Position numbers and translations under genes: made by a program. From assembly GCA_002269645.1 (NCBI GenBank), contig NIVC01002547.1, forward strand, positions 98,360 to 162,359: a DNA stretch of 64,000 nt. Reading direction: 5' to 3'. Below the pieces are notes generated by a model. The model was not told the origin of the DNA. It did no database searches and was given only the letters and a program-made list of their open reading frames with translations. Positions 1 to 11,600 of this stretch are shown here, in pieces; the stretch's first letter is position 1; each line of letters starts with the position of its first letter. Source of the stretch: Macrostomum lignano (taxonomy: Eukaryota).

Positions 1-348
1 CTCTGAGTTGCAGACAGATGACCTTTTGCAAACAATTTGATTCAGTAGCTGGCAGCGCCTCTGAGTTGCAGACAGATGACCTTTTGCAAACAATTTGATT
101 CAGTAGCTGGCAGCGCCTCTGAGTTGCAGACAGATGACCTTTTGCAAACAATTTGATTCAGTAGCTGGCAGCGCCTCTGAGTTGCAGACAGATGACCTTT
201 TGCAAACAATTTGATTCAGTAGCTGGCAGCGCCTCTGAGTTGCAGACAGATGACCTTTTGCAAACAATTTGATTCAGTAGCTGGCAGCGCCTCTGAGTTG
301 CAGACAGATGACCTTTTGCAAACAATTTGATTCAGTAGCTGGCAGCGC
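1..348. repeat. 58-bp tandem repeat, 6 copies, truncated by window start
   Basis: Unit CTCTGAGTTGCAGACAGATGACCTTTTGCAAACAATTTGATTCAGTAGCTGGCAGCGC recurs at 1, 59, 117, 175, 233 and 291. Confidence 0.97.
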
Positions 349-483
349 CTGCCGCCCCTTGGACTGAGAGCTCGATCATTTCTAGCGAGAGAAATCTTTT
401 CCGCAGTGCCTGAGCTGCAGGCCGATCTGCTGCTGCTCATCTAATTGTTACTGATGCCTTGGTGTGCCGCATTTGCGATTCCA

Positions 484-640
484 CACTGATTCCCCGCAGC
501 GGTCCGCCAGTGCTATCAGCAATTCCCCACTGATTCCCCGCAGCGGTCCGCTAGTGCTATCAGCAATTCCCCACTGATTCCCCGCAGCGGTCCGCCAGTG
601 CTATCAGCAATTCCCCACTGATTCCCCGCAGCGGTCCGCA
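484..640. repeat. 44-bp tandem repeat, about 3.5 copies
   Basis: Unit CACTGATTCCCCGCAGCGGTCCGCCAGTGCTATCAGCAATTCCC. Confidence 0.93.
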
Positions 641-895
641 GTGTAGCATGTAGCTTGTCAGATCAAAAAGTTCCAATTTTTGAAGAAATTCACTTTGATT
701 TTTGCGGCGCCGTTCTTTCACAATAAATTTCTTTCTGCTGCAGTTTAGCATCGAAATCAGCAGGCGTTTGTCCTCCATCTTCTCATTTTTTCAACTTTTA
801 GCCTCCATATTGCGTGCTGGTGGATATGAGGCTTACAGCAACTCTCTCGCTTACCCTGCATTGGTGAAGGCCTGGAAACTGAATCGGTCGATTGG

Positions 896-3800
896 CCAAA
901 CCCAGTGACCAATCTGAATGCAAACACTGTGACCAAACCCAGTGACCAATCTGAATGCAAACACTGTGACCAAACCCAGTGACCAATCTGAATGCAAACA
1001 CTGTGACCAAACCCAGTGACAAATCTGAATGCAAACACTGTGACCAAACCCAGTGACCAATCTGAATGCAAACACTGTGACCAAACCCGGGGGGGCCGTA
1101 GCCCAGCGGTAGCGCAGCTGCTCTGGTGTGCCGCGACCCAGGCTCGATTCCAAGTGCAGCCACATTAATTTGGGGCTGAATTGGAATCTCGGCTTGGCTC
1201 GCTTGTGCAATTAACGGCCTTGAGAGCCAACCCCCCAAGGCGCAGTGAAGTGTACATGCCTAACAATTGATAAAGTTAGGGCCGCTGTACACTCCTGTGT
1301 GAGTGTGTGCCTGCGTAACGTATCCGCGCGCTTGTATGCCTGCTCAGGGGAGTCGGCGGAATGGGCAGTAATGCCTCTCGCCGGTTGTGTGCCAATGACG
1401 CTTAAATTGCGCCAGGGTGCACACAACCCCCCTGCCTCTAATAAAAAAAATGTGACCAAACCCAGTGACCGATCTGAATGCAAACACTGTGACCAAACCC
1501 AGTGACCAATCTGAATGCAAACACTGTGACCAAACCCAGTGACCGATCTGAATGCAAACACTGTGACCAAACCCAGTGACCGATCTGAATGCAAACACTG
1601 TGACCAAACCCAGTGACCAATCTGAATGCAAACACTGTGACCAAACCCCGGCCAGTGACCAATCTGAATGCAAACACTGTGACCAAACCCAGTGACCGAT
1701 CTGAATGCAAACACTGTGACCAATCTGAGTACAAACACTGTGACCAAACCCAGTGACCAATCTGAATGCAAACACTGTGACCAAACCCAGTGACCGATCT
1801 GAATGCAAACACTGTGACCAAACCCAGTGACCAATCTGAATGCAAACACTGTGACCAAACCCCGGCCAGTGACCAATCTGAATGCAAACACTGTGACCAA
1901 ACCCAGTGACCGATCTGAATGCAAACACTGTGACCAAACCCAGTGACCGATCTGAATGCAAACAATGTGACCAAACCCAGTGACCAATCTGAATGCAAAC
2001 ACTGTGACCAAACCCAGTGACCAATCTGAATGCAAACACTGTGACCAAACCCAGTGACCGATCTGAATGCAAACAATGTGACCAAACCCAGTGACCAATC
2101 TGAATGCAAACACTGTGACCAAACCCAGTGACCAATCTGAATGCAAACACTGTGACCAAACCCAGTGACCAATCTGAATGCAAGCACTGACCAAACCCAG
2201 TGACCAATCTGAATGCAAACACTGTGACCAAACCCAGTGACCGATCTGAATGCAAACACTGTGACCAAACCCAGTGACCGATCTGAATGCAAACACTGTG
2301 ACCAAACCCAGTGACCAATCTGAATGCAAACACTGTGACCAAACCCCGGCCAGTGACCAATCTGAATGCAAACACTGTGACCAAACCCAGTGACCGATCT
2401 GAATGCAAACACTGTGACCAAACCCAGTGACCGATCTGAATGCAAACAATGTGACCAAACCCAGTGACCAATCTGAATGCAAACACTGTGACCAAACCCA
2501 GTGACCAATCTGAATGCAAACACTGTGACCAAACCCAGTGACCAATCTGAATGCAAGCACTGACCAAACCCAGTGACCAATCTGAATGCAAACCAGTGAC
2601 CAATCTGAATGCAAACCCAGTGACAAATCTGAATGCAAACACTGTAACCAATCTGAATGCAAACCCAGTGACCAATCTGAATGCAAACCCAGTGACCAAT
2701 CTGAATGCAAACTCAGTGACAAATCTGAATGCAAACACTGTGACCAATCTGAATGCAAACACTGTGACCAATCTGAATGCAAACCAGTGACCAATCTGAA
2801 AGCAAACCAGTGACCAATCTGAATGCAAACCAGTGACCAATCTGAATGCAAACCCAGTGACAAATCTGAATGCAAACACTGTGACCAATCTGAATGCAAA
2901 CCCAGTGACCAATCTGAATGCAAACCCAGTGACCAATCTGAATGCAAACCAGTGACCAATCTGAATGCAAACCCAGTGACCAATCTGAATGCAAACCCAG
3001 TGACAAATCTGAATGCAAACACTGTGACCAATCTGAATGCAAACCCAGTGACCAATCTGAATGCAAACCCAGTGACAAATCTGAATGCAAACACTGTGAC
3101 CAATATGAGTACAAACACTGTGACCAAACCCAGTGACCGATATGAATGCAAACACTGTGACCAAACCCAGTGACCAATCTGAATGCAAACACTGTGACCA
3201 AACCCAGTGACCGATATGAATGCAAACACTGTGACCAAACCCAGTGACCAATCTGAATGCAAACACTGTGACCAAACCCAGTGACCAATCTGAATGCAAA
3301 CACTGTGACCAAACCCAGTGACCGATATGAATGCAAACACTGTGACCAAACCCAGTGACCAATCTGAATGCAAACACTGTGACCAAACCCAGTGACCAAT
3401 CTGAATGCAAACACTGTGACCAAACCCAGTGACCAATCTGAATGCAAACACTGTGACCAAACCCAGTGACAAATCTGAATGCAAACACTGTGACCAAACC
3501 CAGTGACCAATCTGAATGCAAACACTGTGACCAAACCCCGGCCAGTGACCAATCTGAATGCAAACACTGTGACCAAACCCAGTGACCAATCTGAATGCAA
3601 ACACTGTGACCAAACCCAGTGACCAATCTGAATGCAAACACTGTGACCAAACCCCGGCCAGTGACCAATCTGAATGCAAACACTGTGACCAAACCCAGTG
3701 ACCGATCTGAATGCAAACACTGTGACCAAACCCAGTGACCAATCTGAATGCAAACACTGTGACCAAACCCAGTGACCAATCTGAATGCAAACACTGTGAC

Positions 3801-4726
3801 CAAACCCAGTGACCAATCTGAATGCAAACACTGTGACCAAACCCAGTGACCAATCTGAATGCAAACACTGTGACCAAACCCAGTGACCAATCTGAATGCA
3901 AACACTGTGACCAAACCCAGTGACAAATCTGAATGCAAACACTGTGACCAAACCCAGTGACCAATCTGAATGCAAACATTGTGACCAAACCCAGTGACCA
4001 ATCTGAATGCAAACACTGTGACCAAACCCAGTGACCAATCTGAATGCAAACACTGTGACCAAACCCAGTGACCAATCTGAATGCAAACACTGTGACCAAA
4101 CCCCGGCCAGTGACCAATCTGAATGCAAACACTGTGACCAAACCCAGTGACCAATCTGAATGCAAACATTGTGACCAAACCCAGTGACCAATCTGAATGC
4201 AAACACTGTGACCAAACCCAGTGACCAATCTGAATGCAAACACTGTGACCAAACCCAGTGACCAATCTGAATGCAAACACTGTGACCAAACCCCGGCCAG
4301 TGACCAATCTGAATGCAAACACTGTGACTAAACCCAGTGACCAATCTGAATGCAAACACTGTGACCAAACCCAGTGACCAATCTGAATGCAAACACTGTG
4401 ACCAAACCCAGTGACCGATCTGAATGCAAACACTGTGACCAAACCCAGTGACAAATCTGAATGCAAACAAACACTGTGACCAAACCCAGTGACCGATCTG
4501 AATGCAAACACTGTGACCAAACCCTGTGACCAATCTGAATGCAAACGCTGTGACCAATCTGAATGCAAACGCTGTGACCAATCTGAATGCAAACGCTGTG
4601 ACCAATCTGAATGCAAACGCTGTGACCAATCTGAATGCAAACGCTGTGACCAATCTGAATGCAAACACTGTGACCAAACCTAGTGACCAATCTGAATGCA
4701 AACACTGTGACCAAACCCAGTGACCA
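896..4726. repeat. 37-bp minisatellite, about 3.8 kb, interrupted by a SINE
   Basis: Unit CCAAACCCAGTGACCAATCTGAATGCAAACACTGTGA, with 41-bp (CCGG-insert) variants and a central block (about 2580-3110) of shorter 22-24-bp units. Confidence 0.98.
1089..1450 (+). mobile_element. tRNA-derived SINE with A-tail and 13-bp target-site duplication
   Basis: A-box TAGCCCAGCGG at 1099-1109, B-box-like GGCTCGATTCC at 1141-1151, 3' AATAAAAAAAA. TGTGACCAAACCC is duplicated at 1076-1088 and 1451-1463. Confidence 0.8.
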
Positions 4727-5673
4727 GTCAGAGGCACGGGCACAATTTCAGTCTCTATTCCAGAAGCCAGCAGCCGAATGACATCGAGCTGATTCAGAGT
4801 TTGTATTTGAATTGATGCGAATTCATGCACACATCAAGCCGCTATTAAGTGTAGTATGAAGCGCGGCATTCTCGTACATGCTTTGCTGGGCAATCCAGTG
4901 TTAAACTGACGTCAATGGTAGAACTGCCAAGCCAAGTGCATTTTTCTTCTCCAGTTAACTAAGAGAATTCCGGATTCAATTTTTCTGCGCATAGATAGCG
5001 CAACGCAGACAAGAAATTTCCCAAGTTATCTTGAACTGCAATTCAAACATATCAAAATGCATTTATGCATTAAGATTAGCAAGTTTCCAGCTTTTTACAA
5101 GCTTTTAACACGAAAACAAGTATAGTTTTTTATTGAAATCAGATCAACTCCAAATGCTCATCTTTAAACCTGACTTGCATATGCATGTATAGAATTTGTG
5201 TGAATTACAGACATGCCCTAAACCAAATGAACTCTTAAAATAGCACGGCATGATCTTTTATTTTGGTTCCTTCTAAAGCAAGTTCCGCATGTCTTCAATA
5301 TGCATTTCAATGCCCGTTTGTTTTCAGATATGTAAAAATTCAATTCAGTGCCAGACATTTCAGTGCAAAATACAGACAGGCAGGTCATGTTAAAAGTTTT
5401 TATCCGATTTCAACAAACAACTCCGTATTTTTGTGTTGGAATTTCCCATCTCGGTCAGCTTTCAGCCTTCAAAAGTTTTCTAAAGAAACTAAGCATCCCA
5501 TCTGCCTGCTTGAGTCTTCCTTGCTTGGCGTTTCCCCAATTGAAAAAGCGGAGTTCTATCAAGCTAATGAGAACACATATGAGTACAGACTAGCCTAAAA
5601 GGTATAATGTGCAGTACAATGTGCATCAACTTCATCCAATCCAATCGCTGAACGGCAGCTGGGTTCGGCTGGT

Positions 5674-8600
5674 TCACGAGTTGTCCGCAATGGTCTTGTC
5701 AATCCAGTTCCTGAAGTACGGCACGTGGGTGTACACTCCCGGCGAGTTGGGCTCGGCGCATCCGTTGCCGAAGGAGGTGATGCCCACCACGGTGTGCCGA
5801 GCTGTGGGTGGCATTCAGGAGTGCCTTCGGGAGGGGCTGGTACTCGCAGAATTATATTTTTCTCATGTTTTTCAAGTCAAAATTCGGTACTGCCTAAGCT
5901 TTTAAAATACTCGTATTTTCGATGAAGCGGGGATACTGGCTCCACGGCTATATATTAGATATTATACACTTTCGTGATTTGAGCAGTATTCGACCTCCAA
6001 GGCTGCGAGTGCAACGCTAACCTGCCTTCATAGTTATAGTAAAGTTATTCAGGTGCTTGCAGGGGTTGTCAGGCTGCTGACTCACCCTCCCCACTCCTCA
6101 GCGGCCCCCTACTCACCCTCCACACTCCTCAGCGGCCCCCTACTCACCCTCCCCACTCCTCAGCGGCCCCCTACTCACCCTCCCCACTCCTCAGCGGCCC
6201 CCTACTCACCCTCCCCACTCCTCAGCGGCCCCCACTCACCCTCCCCACTCCTCAGCGGCCCCCTACTCACCCTCCCCACTCCTCAGCGGTCCCCCTTCGC
6301 GGCAGCGCCGCCGGCCTCAGCGGGTGGTCCGGGGTCGACGATTTTGCAGACCAGCGGGCCGCCAGAGTCGCCCTGGCAGGCGTCGATGCCGCCCTCTTTG
6401 TAGCCGGCGCAGAACATTCGCTCCGTGATGTTCTCGAACTCGTACATGCGGTCGCAGACCTCCCGGCGAATCAGCGGCACCTCGGCCATCTGCAGGGCCT
6501 CCGGATAGTCAAAGCCTGCAAGGACGAGCTTTGTGTTCAGCGCTGGGAAACCCGAGCCACATCCCACCGTGTAACTTGATTGCGGATTGCTGAGTTCTCG
6601 TATTGGGTGGTCCTTGCTGTGCATGATTTCCCAAGGACCGATTCAATCCAGCAGCTGTTGCCATCTTTCCTTCGTCTCTTCTCCTACAACTTACCTCCCC
6701 TGGATCCCCAGCCGCTGATGAGGCACTTGGAGGTTGGATCATAGTTCATCGGCTGGTTCTGCCGAGGCAGGCAGGCGGGCTGGACGCCCGCGTTGAACTC
6801 CAGGTAGCCGCGGCTGTCCGGCTTGATGCGCAGCAGGCTGATGTCGAAGTCGTAGGCCGGCGGGCCCGTGTACCGCTCGTGCTGGATCAGCAGGTCCACA
6901 TCGAACTCGCGCTCGTACTGATCGGGCGCCGTGTTGTTCCAGTCGCCTGCGCGCACCACAAAGGCGGACTTTGGCATGCTGAGGGCGATTGGGTGGTGCG
7001 GAGTGGGGAGGGTGCGGAGTGGGATATTTGCAGATTGGTGGGTGAGGCGGCACTCACTTGGCGTAGGGGAAGCAGTGGGCGGCGGACAGAATCCAGCGAT
7101 CGGACAAGATGGTGCCGCCGCACCAGGCAGAGCTGCTGGGCAGCTTGATGTCCTTGCGCAGTCCGGCGGGCCGGATCACCTTCTTCCTGATGGCGACCTG
7201 CCATGGCACCTCCGTGATGCCAGAGTTGCGGCCGCCACCGATGCGGTAGAAGCTGTAGGGGGCCAGGCGCTTGCCGCATATCTCTGAGTAGTCTGCAGCG
7301 AGTGTGAGGGGTGATGTCTGTCAGGATCTGTTATGCCCTGTCATGAAAAGCACACAGCGGATTTGTAGGCTCAAAGAAGGCAGGTTTTTGCTATGTAGGA
7401 ATTAAGTACGATGATGTGCTGATAGATAGCAAACAGGAAGACTGCATTATTTTCTCTAGGATGCTTATAATTTATCCTCTTTTAAGCTGAGATGCGAGAC
7501 AAGTCTATAGCTCCAAACGGTCACAAGAAACTAAAAGGCAAAGCCCAGATAAGCAGAGCCGGGTAACAGACTTGAGCAACGCTCACCCGTCTGCGGCGCC
7601 TGGGTGGTTTCCGGGTCGGTGACCTCAGGCAGGCCGCACAACAGCTGCACTGCCTCATCTATCGAGCAGGTGGACTCGCCCCAGTCTCTGAGGCTGCAGT
7701 CGAACAGCGAGGCCTCGGTGCCCTCGCAGCGAATGTCCTGCAGCCACATCACCACGCCAGCTGGAGTGCTGAATTGCCCGCGCTGTGCCAGCGCCCCCTG
7801 CCTGGGATGCCCAGGTGGCGGCAGACGACCTTCACCTCCTCGTCCGAGAAGTGATCGTCGCACACGACGCCCTGGATGCCGCCGCGGGAGATCTCCACGA
7901 CACCCGCCGTTCTGTTGTGCGACAGAGTCACGTCTGCGGCGCGGGGGAAATGCGGCTGTGCAATTTGGCCTGCAGCAACTCAGGACACCTGCAGCCCCTG
8001 CCACTCATCACTCAGGACACCTGTACCTGCAGCCCCTGCCACTCATCACTCAGGACACCTGTACCTGCAGCCCCTGCCACTCATCACTCAGGACACCTGT
8101 ACTTGCAGCCCCTGCCACTCATCACTCAGGACACCTGTACCTGCAGCCCCTGCCACTCATCACTCAGGACACCTGTACCTGCAGCCCCTGCCACTCATCA
8201 CTCAGGACACCTGTACCTGCAGCCCCTGCCACTCATCACTCAGGACACCTGTACCTGCAGCCCCTGCCACTCATCACTCAGGACACCTGTACCTGCAGCC
8301 CCTGCCACTCATCACTCAGGACACCTGTACCTGCAGCCCCTGCCACTCATCACTCAGGACACCTGTACCTGCAGCCCTTGCCACTCATCACTCAGGACAC
8401 CTGTACCTGCAGCCCCTGCCACTCATCACTCAGGACACCTGTACCTGCAGCCCTTGCCACTCATCACTCAGGACACCTGTACCTGCAGCCCCTGCCACTC
8501 ATCACTCAGGACACCTGTACCTGCAGCCCTTGACACTCACTCAGGACACCTGTACCTGCAGCCCTTGACACTCACTCAGGACACCTGTACCTGCAGCCCT

Positions 8601-11600
8601 TGCCACTCATCACTCAGGACACCTGTACCTGCAGCCCCTGCCACTCATCACTCAGGACACCTGTACCTGCAGCCCTTGACACTCACTCAGGATGTCCCTG
8701 CAGCCCCTGCCACTCACTCAGGATGTCCGTCAGTCCCCCTGGTACTCACTCAGGATGTCCGTCAGTCCCCCTGGTACTCACTCAGGATGTCCGTCAGTCC
8801 CCCTGGTACTCACTCAGGATGTCCGTCAGTCCCCCTGGTACTCACTCAGGATGTCGCACTCGGTCTCGTCCCAGCCGTCCGAGCAGTCGGGGACACCGTC
8901 GCACATTTTCGACAAAGGAAAGCAGCGACTGTCGCAGCGGACCTCGTGCATGCTGCAGGCTGAAAAGTCAATTCAGAGATTGCGATTGCTACGAGCTGAC
9001 TTGAAAGATTGCAAATATTGCTTCAGGGCGCCTCTCGAAAGATCCATAACCAGGTATGTTGGCCTGCCTTACAAGCACTCACGCCTGTCTATCAAGCAGA
9101 TGAGCCCGGCCACATTCTTGACGCTGCAGGCGCCGCTGTCGCCCCAAGGCCGGTGGGCGCAGTCCGTGATGTTCTTGGCTCCGGGGCTGCAGTGGACACC
9201 ACTGAGGATGAAGCCGCCGGTTCCGCGACCGAACTGCTGCCAGGCATTCAGGATGAAGCGCTCGTGGCCGGGGTAGCCCAGCTGCTGGCAGATCACGTCG
9301 GCCATGGCAGCGTTCAGCCCATCATCGCAGACGAGGCCGCGCTGGTTGAACAGGCGAATCTCGATGCGGCCCTCGTGGTTGTCCGAGCCGCCACTCAGCA
9401 CCAGCTCGTAGTTTTTGGCCGGGTCTGCGGGCCCAGAGATTCGATGGGAACGGGTACTGGCCGCATCTCAGACTGGGAGAGACCGAGTTCTGGCGGCATC
9501 TCAGACTGGGAGAGACCGAGTTCTGGCGGCATCTCAGACTGGGAGAGACCGAGTTCTGGCGGCATCTCAGACTGGGAGAGACCGAGTTCTGGCGGCATCT
9601 CAGACTGGGAGAGACCGAGTTCTGGCGGCATCTCAGACTGGGAGAGACCGAGTTCTGGCGGCATCTCAGACTGGGAGAGACCGGGTTCTGGCGGCATCTC
9701 AGACTGGGAGAGACCGAGTTCTGGCGGCATCTCAGACTGGGAGAGACCGAGTTCTGGCGGCATCTCAGACTGGGAGAGACCGAGTTCTGGCGGCATCTCA
9801 GACTGGGAGAGACCGGGTTCTGGCGGCATCTCAGACTGGGAGAGACCGAGTTCTGGCGGCATCTCAGACTGGGAGAGACCGGGTTCTGGCGGCATCTCAG
9901 ACTGGGAGAGACCGGGTTCTGGCGGCATCTCAGACTGGGAGAGACCGGGTTCTGGCGGCATCTCAGACTGGGAGAGACCGGGTTCTGGCGGCATCTCAGA
10001 CTGGGAGAGACCGGGTTCTGGCGGCATCTCAGACTGGGAGAGACCGGGTTCTGGCGGCATCTCAGACGGGAGAGACCGAGTTCTGGCGGCATCTCAGACT
10101 GGGAGAGACCGAGTTCTGGCGGCATCTCAGACTGGGAGAGACCGAGTTCTGGCGGCATCTCAGACTGGGAGAGACCGAGTTCTGGCGGCATCTCAGACTG
10201 GGAGAGACCGAGTTCTGGCGGCATCTCAGACTGGGAGAGACCGAGTTCTGGCGGCATCTCAGACTGGGAGAGACCGGGTTCTGGCGGCAATAAAAAACCA
10301 AGATCTCAAATCTCACCCTTCCCGCAGCGACTGTTGATCTCGTCAGAGAAGTCTCCGCAATCGTCAAAGCCGTTGCAGGCCTGCGATTTTTTCACGCAAT
10401 GACTGTTGTTGCAGAGGAAGTCGTCAGCGTCATTGCAAGCTGGGGTTGAGGAGTTGGTTTATTGAGAGTGCGACTCTTGAGCTAATAATAAAGTGTCACT
10501 GCCTGAAATCCAGCTAATAATAAACTGTCACTGCCTGAGATCCAGCTAACAATAAACTGTCACTGCCTGAGATCCAGCTAACAATAAACTGTCACTGCCT
10601 GAAATCCAGCTAATAATAAATTGTCACTGCCTGAAATCCAGCTAATAATAAAGTGCCACTGCCTGAGATCCAGCTAACAATAAACTGTCACTGCCTGAGA
10701 TCCAGCTAACAATAAACTGTCACTGCCTGAGATCCAGCTAACAATAAACTGTCACTACCTGAGATCCAGCTAACAATAAACTGTCACTGCCTGAGATCCA
10801 GCTAACAATAAACTGTCACTGCCTGAGATCTCTTTTCAATCGATCGCTGACAGCCGTGACTGCACCATAGTTTTGAGCCATATCCAACGGACGAGTCCCA
10901 AGCCCCAGCCCGCTCTCACTCTCAGGGATCTCGTAGTACTTGGCCTCGATGCTGGGGTCGGCCTTACTGGCCGGGTCTGTTATTCGGCTTCCCAGCAGGA
11001 AGCACTTGGACTGGAAGCGCTGCTCGCCGGTCCGGTAGTAGATGAAGCTCTTGCAGAAGAACTGTTCCAGGCGGTCGCAGTGCTTGGCACACTGAAATTC
11101 CATGCCAGGGGTTGCTCGCATCCTGCTCACGGGATTTCAGTTTAGAAGCAGCTCCCTGCCATCGCTCACCTGCACCAGAGTCTTCCTGTAGTAGATCGCC
11201 AGCTTGGCGTCGGCGGGGACGCTCGACTCGTCGATGCCAGCCGTCATCTGGAACTCGTTTGCCAGCTCCGCCTCGGCCTCTGCAATTCACCGGGCATTCG
11301 GAAATCTCAGCCAGCTGAAGATTCGAAGACTCGGGGCTTCTCTCCGTGGGGGGCGGCGGAGCAGCTCAGCGCTAAACGCATCTGACTCTCGCGTCACGAG
11401 CCGTGGGAGTCACACTCAAGGACCAACCCCCAAGGAACACAGGGTGTACATGCCTGCTGATTAGAGAGTCGGGGCCGCTGTACACCCCGTGTGAGCGTGT
11501 CTGTGAGTGCGTGCCTGCTGACTAGAGAGTCGGGGCCGCTGTACACCCGGTGTGAGCGTGTCTGTGAGTGCGTGCCTGCTGACTAGAGAGTCGGGGCCGC

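Noticed and set aside
1093-1165. Functional tRNA gene
   Set aside because: The cloverleaf stems do not pair well, and the segment continues into a SINE body with a tail and TSD.
896-4726. CCAAT, Oct-like and TGACC motifs in each 37-bp unit as a regulatory array
   Set aside because: Matches are short or imperfect, and no promoter is adjacent.
851-4830. Very long ORFs (up to 1106 aa) on the minus strand
   Set aside because: They are translations of the 37-bp array in several frames, with no domain content.
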